Positions 11,463 to 24,986 of a stretch of DNA of 64,000 nt are shown here, one piece after another. Under the pieces are notes generated by a model, which worked only from the letters and a program-made list of their open reading frames with translations, was not told where the DNA came from and searched no databases. The stretch is from the NCBI GenBank assembly GCA_964016885.1, contig OZ024741.1, forward strand, positions 195,610,001-195,674,000, given 5' to 3'. The position numbers and the translations under genes are program-made. Each line of letters opens with the position of its first letter. Positions within the stretch are counted from its first letter, which is position 1. The DNA comes from Eledone cirrhosa. Taxonomy: Eukaryota.

Positions 11463-14359
11463 GCACGGCACAGTCTCCTCTGACCCTCCCTAATAACCGT
11501 GTGTTTTTCATCACAGACACTGAGTCGCAAGCACGTTGTCTGATCGACACCGGCGCGGCTTGTAGCATTTGGCCGCTAAAACTTCTCAAAGAGAAGCCCC
11601 AACTCTCAACCGTCTCTCTGCAAGCAGTAAACCAGTCACCGATCCCCACGTACGGTCAGATTTCTCGTTCTTTGAACCTGGAATTGCGTAGAGATTTCAC
11701 GTGGATCTTCACTGTTGCTGATCTGCCTTACCCCATCCTAGGCTCAGATTTCCTGCACCACTATAACTTGATAGTGGATATGCGCAGACGCCGGTTGTTG
11801 GATGCCAACACAGAACTGTCTGTGCCGGGTACCAGATCGACTGTCTCGTCGGTCAGCCCGGTCTTCTTTATCGCTGCTACAGAAAATCCTTACCAATCAC
11901 TTTTGCATTCCTTCCCGGAATTAACAAATTTGAATTTTGTGATGAGTGAGCCTACTCACTCCACCAAGCACCACATTGAAACATCCGGAGCTCCTGTGTT
12001 TTCGCGCCCTCGCCGTCTCTGCTGAGAAACTGAAGGCCGCAAAGGCTGAATTCAATCACATGCTGCAGCTCGGGATCATTCGCCCATCCTCAAGCCCGTG
12101 GGCTGCACCCTTGCATTTGGTACCAAAGCGTTCCGGTGATTGGCGTCCCACTGGGGACTTTCGCCGGTTAAATGCAATGACGGTACCCGACCGCTACCCG
12201 ATACCACACATACAGGATTTTGCATCTTCGCTGCATGGATGCAACATATTCTCCAAATTGGATTTGGTCAAAGCATACCACCAAATCCCGGTGAACCCGG
12301 CAGACATACCTAAAACTGCAGTAACAACTCCATTTGGAGCGTTTGAATTTTTGACCATGCCTTTCGGTTTGCGAAACGCAGCCAGCACGTTCCAACGATT
12401 TATGGATGAGGTTGTGCGCGATTTAGACTTCGTGTACAACTACATCGACGACATTCTTGTGGCAAGTGCCTCACCTGAGGAACATGTCAATCACCTCCGT
12501 CTCCTGTTCGAGAGATTTCAAAAATACCAAGTGAGAATTAATCCGGCAAAATGTGTTTTCGGTGCTTCCTCACTTGTCTTCTTGGGCCATGTCATCAGCC
12601 CAGAAGGAATTTCGCCACTACCTGATAAAGTGAAAGCGGTACAAGACCTCCAACCACCCACTTCACTTCGTCAACTACGACATTTCCTTGGGCTACTGAA
12701 CTATTACAGGCGCTTTATCCCACACTGTGCGGATCTCCTGTCTCCTCTGTCCGACCTGTTATGTAACAGGAAAAAGAAGAACGATTCCATTTCATTGGAC
12801 ACAAATCAGCTAAAAGCCTTCGACGAAGTGAAGCGGAAGCTTGCGGAGACATCACTGCTTGCACATCCTGTGTCTGGTGCCCAGTTTTCACTGGTTGTTG
12901 ATGCATCAGGCACAGCTGTAGGTGCAGTACTGCAACAACATCACCAACAACAGTTACAACCTCTTGCCTACTTTTCTAAACAGCTGAAGCCTGCAGAAAC
13001 ACGGTATAGCACATTCGGCCGTGAACTCTTGGCTATGTACCTTGCAGTGAAACACTTTCGGCATTAGAACAACCACCTCTGGATACTTTGGACCTCTCGT
13101 CTTCTGAATTTGCAACTGGCAAATTTGCATATCTGCCTGTGCCCACTTCGGACACACAGATTATCTGCGACACCTCGACAGATGCACCTCGCCCTCTAGT
13201 GCCAGTGACTCATCGTCGAGCAGTTTTCGACACCTTGCACGGTCTGGCACACCCTGGAATATCGACCACAGTGAAGCTCATTTCGGCTAGATTCTTCTGG
13301 CCTAATATGAGGCGTGACATCACTGCCTGGACACGTTCCTGCCTATCCTGCCAAAAGTCAAAGGTGCACAAACACATCCGCGCACCCCTTGGAACTTTCA
13401 GCACTCCAGACGCTAGGTTCAGCCATGTCCATATAGATCTTGTCGGACCATGGCCGGTCAGCCGAGGATTTACATACCTCCTGACCTGCATAGATCGCTT
13501 CACACGTTGGCCTGAAGCCATTCCTTTAAGTGACATTTCGGCGGAATCTGTGGCGCGAGCTCTAGTATCGGGTTGGATATCGCGTTACGGAGTTCCAGCC
13601 ACTATCACCACTGACCGCGGTGGACAATTTGAGTCACACCTTTTCCGAGAGCTTTCAAGGATCCTGGGAATGCAACGCATTCGAACGACTAGCTACCATC
13701 CAGCTTCTAACGGAATGATTGAACGCTTCCACCGCCAATTGAAAGCCGCACTGCGCGCTTATCCGGATCAGCAGCGGTGGAGCGAATATGTACCAATTGT
13801 CCTCCTGGGCTGTCGTGCAGCCATCAAGGAAGATCTAGGCTACTCCCCCGCCGAGTTGGTTTACGGAGTGCCTATATCTCTGCCTGGTCAGATGTTAGCT
13901 CCATTGGACCTACCAGCAACAGACCCAGCTCTGTATGTGAGCAGACTGCAATCATATTTCAGCAATCTTCCGCCTATGCACCCTCGCCAACAGACAATCA
14001 AATCTTCGGTCCCGAAAGACATTGCTTCATGGACCCACGTCTTTTTACGAAAGGACGCCGTGAGAGCTCCTCTCATGCCACCTTATACCGGTCCCTATCG
14101 CGTGCTTGAGCGCACAGATAAGCTATTCACCTTAGACATTGGGGGTAAAAAAGAGACTGTGTCCATTGACAGGGTAAAACGGGCCTATACAGACACTCTC
14201 ACACAAGAGCCCCATTTTCCCCCCACATACACCTGGCATCAGCCAAGCCACAATACACATATAACATCGCACACACCTACACCTACATATGTCACCACCA
14301 CACGTAGCGGTCGGCGAGTACATTGGCCCAAGAAGCTTTGCAAGACTCTTTATATATGA
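11440..14359 (+). pseudogene. pol: pol (protease, RT, truncated RNase H, integrase), disrupted
   Basis: Motifs [53 protein letters not shown] and GPY. Frameshift at ~12020 and deletion at ~13065 relative to the older copy. Confidence 0.92.
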
Positions 14360-15379
14360 ACTATGTTATTTACAGCAATCTTCTTGGAGTTTGCTCCGCC
14401 CTTGTATTTGTATTAAATGTATGAACTAAGGTGAACATTACACTATTTCTGACTTTCCTGTAATATGAACATTTCTTTATCAGTGATATATTTTATTGTG
14501 TTTACTATTATATAGTACTTTTTCTTTCATTCAACTGCTACCCTTATTTCTCTGTCGGCTGTAAGCCTAAGCAGGGGGTGATGTAGCAGTGAATGAAATG
14601 TATTTTCCTTCTGCGGCGGAATGGTATTACGGAGGTAAGTTGGCTGAAGTGTGAGCCAATCGAAACCTTCGGTGCACTAATTGGACTGTCCAGAACTACG
14701 TCACCAGGTGAGCGGAGGTGACCAAGAGAGACATTAGTCTACACGCACCTCTCTTATCGACAAGACCAGGCTACACTCATCGCTGCTAACAACATCTCCA
14801 TCTTGCAATGAAGCGGACCAAACTACATCCTACACATGTAGATACTACCTGTACCTAATGTATCCGTTCAACATGTACAACTAATAAATAGAGTTACAAC
14901 ATCGATAATGGATTTAGTCAATGTTCTAAATGCCTTCTGATTTCTATTATGTATACCAAGAATTGACCCTAAAGCCCGTTATAATTCTTGCCCCTATCAT
15001 GGAGGTCAGTAGTGTTGATCAGTTGGCTTCTTCGGCTGATAAAATCCTCGAATATTCAGAGAGCAAAGGTACCGAAGGGTTTGCCGCTGTTTCTTCTTCT
15101 CCTGCTACAGTGGCAGCAGCTACTCCCAACAGCAATTCAACAATGTTACAGGCCATCCTGGAGTTGACTCATGAGGTAAGGGAAATGCGTGCTTCTCATG
15201 ATTCTCACCTGCATCGGTGATGATCGTTCAGTCGTTCCTCCTCACTGGGACGCTGTTCTTTTTCTTTTGCTTCTTCATCTATTTGCTGGAATCATGAACG
15301 CTTCGCAGAAAGAGCTCGTAGATGCATTAAACCCTCTTCTTATGGCAATCCGGGAAATGCAAGCATGGGACACTGAGCG

Positions 15380-18300
15380 CGACAGCTGTCCTCGGTACAC
15401 ATCTTCCTAACCATGCATTTTTTGTGGAAGATTTTTTATCGCGCAAGCTCTTCCTGGTGGATGGTGGTGCTTCTTGCTGTATTTGGCCTGCGAAATTCCT
15501 CAAGGACACTCACTCCTCTTCCTTCAGAGATCACCCTGCAGGCGGTGAATCATTTGCCTATCCAAACTTTTGGTCAGATCTCGCGTTCTTTGGATCTAAA
15601 TTTACGTCGCGACTTTAAATGGATATTCATCATAGCTGACCCTCCATATCCAATCCTGGGAGCTGATTTTCTCCACCACTATTTGCTTTTTATGGACGTT
15701 CATAAACAATGCCTCCTGGATAATACTACCAACTTTTCAATTCATGGCAAAAATTCCAGTGCTCCATCAGTTAGTCCGACATTTTTCATTGCTGCTACAG
15801 GATATGAATATCATAATCTTTTGGACTCTTTTCCAGAACTTACTAACTTAAATTTCCAAGTGAGTAATCCTGCTCACTCTACAAAGCATTTCATTTCTAC
15901 GAGCGGATCTCCAGTATTTTCTCGTCCTCGTCGTTTACCTCCGGACAGACTCAAGGCAGCAAAGGCTGAGTTTGATCACATGCTCCAACTGGGAATTATT
16001 CGTCCATCCACCAGTCCTTGGGCCTCTCCGCTGCATATGGTTCCCAAGGGCTCTGGAGATTGGAGACCCACAAGCGATTTTAGAAGACTAAACGCCATGA
16101 CTGTTCCTGATAGATATCCCATTCCTCATCTCCAGGATTTTTCGTCTTCGTTACAAGGAAACAATATTTTCTAAGCTCAACTCTATACGAGCTTACCATC
16201 AGATCCCAGTTAACCCGGAGGATATTCCCAAAACAACAATAACACCCTTCGGCTCTTTTGAATTTTTGACAATGCCATTTGGCCTCAGAAATGCCGCTAG
16301 CAATTTTCAACGATTTATAGATGAAGTCATTCATGGTTTGGACTTTGTCTATGCATATATCGATGATCTGCTGAAGAAAATATTCACTCTTGAAAGTTGC
16401 TTTTCCAGTGCCTTCGGGATTACCTTGTATGTATTAACCCTGCTAAATGTGTTTTTGGCTCATCTTCTCTTGCTTTTCTTGGTCATGTTATCGATAAAGA
16501 AGGTATTCGACCTCTCCTGAAAAGGTACAAGCTATTGAGGACCTTCCTCCTTCTCTTCGCCAGTTGCGCCATTTCCTTGGATTGTTAAATTTTTATAGAC
16601 GTTTTATTCCTCACTGTGCTAAACTCCTGTCTCCTCTTACTGAAGTATTATGAAATCGTTGTAAGAAGAATGAAGATATTGCTTTGACTATGGTACAGTT
16701 GGAAGTAATTAATGCTGCAAAAAATGAGCTTGATAAAGCGTCTCTTCTATCGCACAGTGTCTCTGATGCAAAGCTTTTGCTTGTGGTTGATGCATCAGAT
16801 ACAGCTGTCGTACAGCAGTTTTATTGGGGACACCTGCAACTTCTGGCATTTTTCTCTCAGAAGCTGAAGCCTGCTGAAATGCGATGCAGCACTTTTAGTC
16901 GTGAATTACTGGCTATTTACCTTTCTGTGAAACACTTTCAACACCTCCTCGAGGGATAAAACTTTACCGTTTATACTGACCATAAGCCTCTTACCTTTGC
17001 TTTGAAATCAAAACCTGATAGATATTCGCCAAGGGAGACGAGATATCTTGATTTCATTTTGCAGTTTACCAGCGACATTCAATATATTTCCGCCTCGAAA
17101 AACACAGCGGCAGAAGCATTATCCAGACTGCCTATTAGTGCTATATCATCAGCTCAGGAGATTGACCTAAATCTCTTATCCTCGGACTAGCCTCCTTTGG
17201 ACTCACTGGATTTGTCATCTTCGGAATTTGTGACTTGCAAATTCAAGTAACTGCCTTTACCAACAACGGACTCGCACATTCTCTGCCGATTCACCTCGTC
17301 CTTTTGTTCCTGAGACTCATTGAAGAATTGTATTCGACGCTCTGCACAACCTTTCACACCCTGGAGCCTTGGCCTCAGTAAAACTCATAACGGCTAGATT
17401 TTTCTGGCCAAATATGAGACGCGATATTATTGCATGGTCTCGTTCTTGTCTCCTGTGCCAGCAGTCGAAGGTGCATGAACACATCTGCGGTCCTCTTGGT
17501 ACTTTCAGTGCACCTGATGCACGCTTTCGCCACATACATATTGATCTCGTGGGACCTTGGCCCATCAGTCTTGGATATTCGTACATCCTGACCTGCATTG
17601 ATCGTTTCACCCAATGGCCTGAAGCCATTCCACTTAGTGATATTACTGCAGAATCTGTAGCGCGAGCTCTGGTATCAGGATGGATATCACACTACGGGAT
17701 TCCTACCACTATTACTACAGACCAAGGTAGGCAGTTCGAATCTCACCTTTTCTCTGAGCTAATAAATATCATCGGTGCTCAACATATCCGGACTACCAGT
17801 TACCATCCTGCATCTAATGGAATGGTGGTGGAGCGTTTTCAATGCCAGTTGAAGGCCGCATTTCATGCCTATCTGGATACTCTACATTGGAGAGACAACC
17901 TCCCCATAGTATTACTCGGCATCTGCACTTCAGTTAAGGAGGACCTTGGGTTCTCTCCAGCTGAGCTTTTGTACAGCGCTCCTTTGTCGCTGCCAGGGCA
18001 GATGCTTGCCCCAGTTGATCTTTCTACTCAGGATCCTGCACTTTTTTGAACCATTTGCGTTCGTATTTTCAAATCCTGCCACCTATGAACACTTGTCACC
18101 AAGCCGTTATATCTTCGGTCCCGAGAGATATTGCCTCGTGGACCCATGTTTTCGTCAGAATGACGCAGTGAGAAGTCCTCTCACTCCACCTTACTCTGGA
18201 CCCTATTGCGTACTAGCACATACAAACATTTCACTATTGACTATAATGGGTCTAGAGACAGTCTCTATTGACAGACTGAAGTGGGCCTACACTGATGCTC

Positions 18301-18467
18301 TTACACCAGAACCTCATACTCCCCCCCCCCTCCTACACTGTCACGACAAACACCTACACCACCACAAGCTCATGCACACACCTCCACCTTCAACATATGT
18401 CACAACAACCCATAGTGGTCTTCGTGTCTATTGGCCCAAGAGACTGTGTAAAACTATTTTTATATGA
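15380..18467 (+). pseudogene. pol: pol of the older Gypsy element, multiple stops and frameshifts
   Basis: [34 protein letters not shown] and GPY fragments are collinear with 11440-14359. Confidence 0.92.
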
Positions 18468-19707
18468 ACTGGCCTCTTAGTGCCTTTTTATTGTATTGAT
18501 TATTTTCATTCTTACATGCATTCATGTTCCTTTCCATTTTTTTTTTTTATTATATCGACGTTTCGTCTAGTGAGGGGTAAATGTAGTAAGCAAAGGCACT
18601 ACTTATTGCGGCGGAACAATTGGGTTATGCTTAGTAAGTCGCCAGGCCGGTAAGTCTGTGGCGTAGAAATACTGAGAAATGACTTCCGCCCAGCTAAAAA
18701 ATTCACGCTTCTTTTTTTTACTTAAACAATTGCAGCTTCTTCTTCATACAAGAAGGACGTTACTGAATCCATTCCCCGAAGCAACTGGCAAGATGAAACA
18801 TTTACCAAGGAACTTTGGCCCTCTCGGCAAGGGTCCAGTAACATCTTACCTAGATATATGCCACAATGGCACCTAGCATTTTACTGTAATATTTTATGGA
18901 AAAAATAAATCCTTTGTTATATATCTTCGTGGTGCTTTCCTCTCTGATCCCTTCCACATGGACTACCAACATTAAACACACAGCCTTATAATATAATCTT
19001 CTTTAAGGATACTTCTTACAACCAAAAAAATAATAATTTAAAGAACTCTTCAGCTAAAATGGTAAAAACAATCCAAGAGGCTATAAGGAGAGAAAGCAGA
19101 AAAAAGAAACAAAGAAAAATGTTTTTGATGAGGGCCAGTTATTGTCAGTTTGGCTGACTGCCTTTGAGTGAAGATTCTCAACAATTTTGTCTTACCAGTT
19201 TGGTCAGAGGATGGTACGTTTAGTATGCTTATTACTACCACCCTGTCGGTTTAGTCAGGGGATTGTATACTTAGTATGCATATTACTACTACCCTGCCAT
19301 TCACTGCTATTTGGACGCATGCTAGTGGGAAAGGAAATCAGGTTACTGAGAAATATGTTCAGTTGAGGTCAGCTTAAGGTTTTATAAAAATATAATGGAC
19401 GGTGGCGGGGTGGGGGGTGAATTCAGAACTTAGAACTTTAAAAGTTTGAAGGTTAAAATTAAAGTTAAGATTAAAGATTAAAAATGTAAAAGTTAAAAAA
19501 TGTATAGATTTAATTAAAGAATTAGGAGATCACCGTGTATTTGTGATGTAGAGAAACGAGTGTAGTTTGTCTTTCGTTAGCTACTGAGATAATGGCTTCA
19601 CAGTAACAGCAGGTTCATAAACTCACGAACACTTCCGAGTAAAATCTCATATCGAGGACAGGGAAATTTCTATTATTTCCAAGCACTCCGGGAAATGCCC
19701 ACAGGCT

Positions 19708-20530
19708 TGTAGCGACCCCTTACGGCTGGAACTCAGAACGTAAAGGAGTTGCGTCCCTTTGTGACGGTCGCGACTCCCAGTGGCAGATAAATATAGGTGT
19801 TGCGTCCCTTTGTAACAGTCGTGACTCCCAGTGGCAGATCCATGTACTAAATGGAGTTGCATCCCCCTGGGGACTATATATTTGAGAACATCAAGGCATT
19901 AACTCTCACTTCCTACGCCGCAGCAAGAAGAACCACTTCAGACCTTGCCAAGAGATTACTCCTGTCTTCTCGCTCTCTCTCTCTTTCTCTACACGCTCCA
20001 GTCTGGGAGTTGCGACCAACTGACCATCAACATGTGGTAAAAATTATTTCTATTAATTTATTTGACTTCTGTGAAGTAAAACTATGTTACAACACTCACC
20101 TGCATTTATTGTCATTCTTATTAATATATATACACTGATACTAATATTCTAAATTGGTGACACCGAAAAAAAAAAAAATAGGAAACGGTACCATGTGTAT
20201 ATAAAAAGAAAAAACATTTAATACAGAACAACACGCTTCATTCTGATCTGGCTGTATTTTACTGATTTCAGCATCTTTATCTGTAACGTTTAACAATCAA
20301 ACTCCTCATATGTGCAAAAGCGAACATTCCATTTATTTACACACAAAAAAAAAAAAAAAAAAAAAGATGATATTGCCGCTAGTTTCCTAGCAAAACAACA
20401 ATTGTATGAATGTTTTTTCTTCTTTTCTCTGGCTAAAATTTTTGAGGATGACAAGATGGCGGCTTTCTTCTCCATCAATAGTGTTTTTGGTGCGAAATCG
20501 TCCGCCATATTGGTTTTAGTTTTAAAATCC
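19708..20530 (+). mobile_element. 5' LTR, PBS and leader of a third Gypsy family (3'-truncated)
   Basis: TGTAG at 19708 to CTAAA at 20153, then TGGTGACACCG (tRNA-Trp-like PBS) at 20155. Internal ~51-bp tandem repeats at 19748-19840. The leader resembles 10200-10330. Confidence 0.65.
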
Positions 20531-20914
20531 CTGCCTATACCTTGTTAATGACATCGCTCGGTTAGTCGCTCCTTTACTCGTGACCAGGAGAGTCAGTTCA
20601 GTTGGCCACTGAGGTAACGTATGCCTGACAGTTATGTTAATAATTCTAATGATAGTTTTGTGTAAAGCTGAAACGTAAAAAACAAAATAAAACTAAATTA
20701 AACTAGATTAGATCACTATCTAACTTAGGCTATTTGCGTTGCTCGATATTATATTCCTAAACTATAATAAAGTAAGGAGCGCGGGACTGCGTACGGTTTA
20801 TAATTTTTTATCCCATTAGTAAAATAAGTTGGATTACTTTGAATAAATAATGATTTCTTTATTAACCACAAGGGATTACTTTAAATAAATAATGAATGAA
20901 TATTACATAATTTA

Positions 20915-21275
20915 TCTACTAAATTTCGTGGCTGTTGATTAAATAAATTTTGTTTATTTAAAGATTCACTTCTTTAAAATTTCTGAAATGTCAACACTTT
21001 GGGTTGGCCATCGCTTAAATAAACATACTAATTTTCTGTCACTAATTTTCTCCTAATGCCGTTTATATATAATATCGTCTTTTTTAATGTATCATGGATT
21101 ACTTTACTGAGTAAATAAGTCAGTGTAACGCAGTCTTCGTTCAAATTCTATGTATTATATATTGTCAATTACGATTTTATTTGATGTATCATATCTACAT
21201 GTATCTGCATATAATATCAATATACACACTTCACATGCCAGCAGAAAACCACCCGAAGGGTGGTTTTTCTGCTAG
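20915..21275 (+). mobile_element. Non-autonomous Helitron (~361 bp)
   Basis: 3' hairpin GCAGAAAACCACCC-GAA-GGGTGGTTTTTCTGC then CTAG|T (21272-21275). Candidate 5' end A|TCTACTA at 20915, which is less certain. Confidence 0.7.
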
Positions 21276-22025
21276 TATTATATAAAGGAGTGTGGTTTAG
21301 CGTTCAATAACCAGTGAAATGACAATTTCCTTGTCTACTCAAGACTCAAGGGCCTACCAACTGTTCCGAGTATTTTCGTCTACCGAAAGAAAGGGAAATT
21401 TATTTTTCCAAGCACTCTAGTGCAAGTAGAAAAGCCGTCACAGCCGGTTGTTGGCCCAACGTATACCAAGTGATTATTAGTTATTCATATCAGTGATGTT
21501 AATAATAGAGCTGTAGGAAAGCTTAAAGGTAATAAAATTAAATAAAAGTATGATTTAACGAAATAAGAAGAGACTACACTCAATTTCAAGCTAACCTGGG
21601 TTTCATGTGTTGTTCAGTTTTGAATTCATATACGATACAATCCCATCCCTCACTATAATAGATATATGTGAGATATAGATTACACCTTAATACTACAACG
21701 TACTTATGTTTGTATGTAGTTATAATATAGGAACCATATTGCATGGTGCATGTTGAGTGAATCCTAAGTGGGAATAATTAAATAAATAAATAGATATATA
21801 ATTGTATATAGACAATTAGTAAATGATAAATATGAGAAAGAGATAGTGAAACGTAGTTAATGAAAAGAAACGTTTCTTGTAGCAGTGACGTGTGGTATCC
21901 TGTAAAGGTTACTAGATAACGTTCAGGTCAAGACGTGCACAAGTGAATTCAGCGTAGTGAAATAAGTCTAGGTAAAAACCAAGGATAAGTATATAAAGAA
22001 TATAAAATGTAATCAGAGTGGTAAT

Positions 22026-24442
22026 TCATCATCATCATCTTCGTTTAACGTCCATTTTCCACGCAAGCATGGGTTAGACGGGAGTTGTCCCACTTGAGGC
22101 AAGGCTGGTCGGGTGACCGTGTCTCTCTCTCATATAGGACTATCTGGCAGGTTTTCTACGGCTGGATGCCCTTCCTAACACCAACCACATTTACAGTGTG
22201 GAACTGGGAACTTTTTACCATGTTACCTACACGGCCACATTACAGCGTGGACTGTGTGTTTTTGTCGTGACACCTACACGATCTCGATCTGATTATCTCG
22301 TGCTGTTGGTGGGAGTGGGAGGATAGGGTAGGGGTAGTGGATTGGGGTGTATATTTGGTTAAGAGGTGCCTACTGACTGTAGGTTTCGCTTTGTACATAG
22401 GCAAGGCGGGTCTTCTGTATTACTGCGTAGCGCCAAAGCTCTCGGTCCAGAGACATTGTCTTAAAGAGATGTAAGTGTGTAAGGTCGGAATTTATCAGAT
22501 CATCCCAGGTTTTTCTGGGTCTACCTACTCCGTAACTACCATCAATTTTGATCGCCCTGCACTTTTTTATGCAGCTGTCGTCTTTCATGCGGACCACGTG
22601 ACCATACCAATGTAGTCTTCTCTCAAGTAAACAGCATCTGATCCTTCTTATTCCTAATTTCTCACTTAGTTCATTTATGCTTTGCCGTTCACGTATATTA
22701 CTATTACACATCCAACGGAGCATGCATGCTTCGTTCTTTTCCAGTCTACGCAGGTTCTCTACACGTAATGCCCATGTCTCACTGCCATGTAACATTGCTG
22801 TTCGTATACAGGCATCATACAATCTGCCTTTCATTTTTAGAGAGAAACCTTTTGTGGCCAACAGCGGTATAAGCTCTCTGAACTTTTTCCATCCCGTTCT
22901 GACTCTGGCTACTGTACTTTCAGAACACCCTCCACCACTGCTGATTTCGTCACCCAGGTAACGGAAAGTGTCTACTATTTCTATAGAACCATCTGGGCAA
23001 TAGAAGGAGCTAGTATCCTTTGGACACTTGCTACTTATTGCACCTGAGCATTGGCCACATATAAAGTCTACGTTCTTAGATAGTTTACCTGTGATCCCAC
23101 TACATCTTTTATGTACCCATACTTTGCATTTGGGACATAAAATGGAATTTCTGCCTACTCCTTTCCTACACACTGAGCATGGCCATTTTCCTTTCTACAA
23201 ACTAGAACTTTAGTCTTAGACAAGTTAACTTTAAGGCCTTTTGATTCTAGGCCATGCTTCCATGTTTCGAATTTCTTCTCTAGTTCAGCCATTGATTCAG
23301 CTATGAGCGTTAGATCATCTGCGTATAGGAGTTCCCATGGGCAGCCGGTCTAGCCTGAAGGGCAATAATAAATAAGAGGGGGCTAAGGACAGAGCCTTGA
23401 TGAACGCCAACTTTTACACTAAATTCTTCATTGTTAATTCTAACCTTACTGACTGTTTCATTATACATAGCTTGTATAGCTCTCACAAGCCATTCATCAA
23501 CACCTAGTTTTCTAAGAGCCCACCAGATAATGGAGCGGGGTACTCTGTCAAAAGCTTTCTCCAGGTCTACAAAAGCTAAGTAGAGGGGTTTACTTTTAGC
23601 TAGGTACTTCTCTTGTAGTTGTCGTACAAGGAAAAGAGCGCCTGTAGTACTTTTACCTGACACAAACCCAAACTGCATTTCATCTAGATCAATTTGCTCT
23701 CTGATTAGTTGCGCTATAACTCTTTCTGTGACCTTCATGACCTGGTCAACTAACTTAATGCCTCTATAGTTTCCCCTATCTAGAGCATCCCCTTTACCCT
23801 TGTAGCAGTTAATGATGATGCTGCTACGCCAGTCTTTCGGTATGACCCCATTTCGGTATGACTTGGTTAACTATACGGGTGACCATAATGTGTCCCACCA
23901 TACCAGATGCTTTCAACATTTCAGCAACTATCTCCGAAGGCCCAGCTGCCTTGCCTGTCTTCATATCTTTGGTTGCCTTTCTTATTATACTACCTTTAAC
24001 TTGCACCGCTGGTCCTTCTATTGGATTGATTTGGGGCAGACTATCTTTTTCCCATTTATCCTCCTCATTTAATAGTCTCTCGTAGTGACACTTCCAGGCT
24101 ATCTTCTTATCAGTATCAGTGAGCGCAAGTACACCATTATCATTACGGACACACTTCTCCCCGACAATATCACGGTTTTCCTTGACACATTGTCTAGCAA
24201 TCCTGAACACCTCACGTTGTAGAACATGCTTGAACTTTCTATCCTCTGCTACCCTTTTTGCAAGGTACATTGTCTCCTAGTTTCTCTCCTGGCCACTTGA
24301 TAGTGCTCTCTACTTCCCCCATCCTGCCATACTTTCAAGCTTGCTTTTTGGCCTTGATTGTCTCTTCCACCTTACTGTTCCACCACCAAGTTACTCTCCT
24401 CCTGCCAATAGGTCTGCTCCAGCCACAGATTTCATCCGTTGA
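22026..24442 (-). mobile_element. 5'-truncated RTE-clade LINE with a PHD-like Cys/His module
   Basis: MQFGF, FVDLEKAFD, GVHQGSVLSP, CRKGVGRNSILCPKCKVWVHKRC...CGQC, YLG, WYGHV and GRPRKTW. (GAT)n tail at 22026-22040. Confidence 0.93.
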
Positions 24443-24539
24443 TGGGAGTAAAAATGAAAGTAAATAAGAAAATATCTAAGAAATAAGAAATAGATACAAA
24501 TTAAAGTGTAACAAATAAACAATAAATAATGGCCATCAA

Positions 24540-24725
24540 TTTTTGGGGAGGGGAAAGTCGATTAAATCGACCCCAGTGCATGATTGGTACTTTATTTTAT
24601 CGACCCCTTAAGGATGAAAGGCAAAGTTAACCTTGGCAGGATTTGAACTCAGATCATAAAAGGCCATAATTCTATGCTGCAAAGCAAGGCATCCGACCCT
24701 CTATCGATACTGCCAATCCACTAAT
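24540..24725 (-). mobile_element. tRNA-derived Nin/Deu-like SINE
   Basis: Reverse-complement match to 27021-27210, with a variant 3' part. Confidence 0.8.
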
Positions 24726-24986
24726 AAGGTAAAAAAAAGATAGAATAGAGGTGACATCAGGTGATATGTAGTGTAGGTTCGAGTATTAACCATTTACATA
24801 AATACCTTAAAACTATAAATTATAAATGTAAAATTCAGTCAATACAAAGTATAGTAGAACATGCGGATTGTTCAAAGAATTTGTGAAGTCCGACGGAGGT
24901 TTGAATGTTCCAGATAGGGATGTGTAGTAAGGCGTGGTCCGAGTAGTGAGGTAGACTTATTTTCTGCACTTAATATCAGACTGGGG

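Larger units (their letters stand above)
9475..14983 (+). mobile_element. Young Ty3/Gypsy (CsRn1-type) LTR retrotransposon
   Basis: 402-bp LTRs 9475-9876 and 14582-14983 with one mismatch by eye. TSD ATTC at 9471-9474 and 14984-14987. PBS at 9879-9896, PPT AAGCAGGGGG at ~14569-14578. Domain order gag-PR-RT-RH-IN. Confidence 0.97.
8303..19058 (+). mobile_element. Older Ty3/Gypsy (CsRn1-type) LTR retrotransposon, interrupted by a nested relative
   Basis: LTRs 8303-8755 and 18582-19058 (TGTAG...CTAAA, visibly diverged). TSD ATGG at 8299-8302 and 19059-19062. Degenerate tRNA-Trp PBS at ~8757 and PPT GAGGGG at ~18572. gag runs 9075-9474 and resumes 14988-~15380. pol fragments run to 18467. Confidence 0.92.

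Noticed and set aside
19748-19870. Repeat-spacer-like pattern resembling CRISPR
   Set aside because: Only two to three ~51-bp tandem units inside an LTR, in a eukaryotic context with no cas genes.
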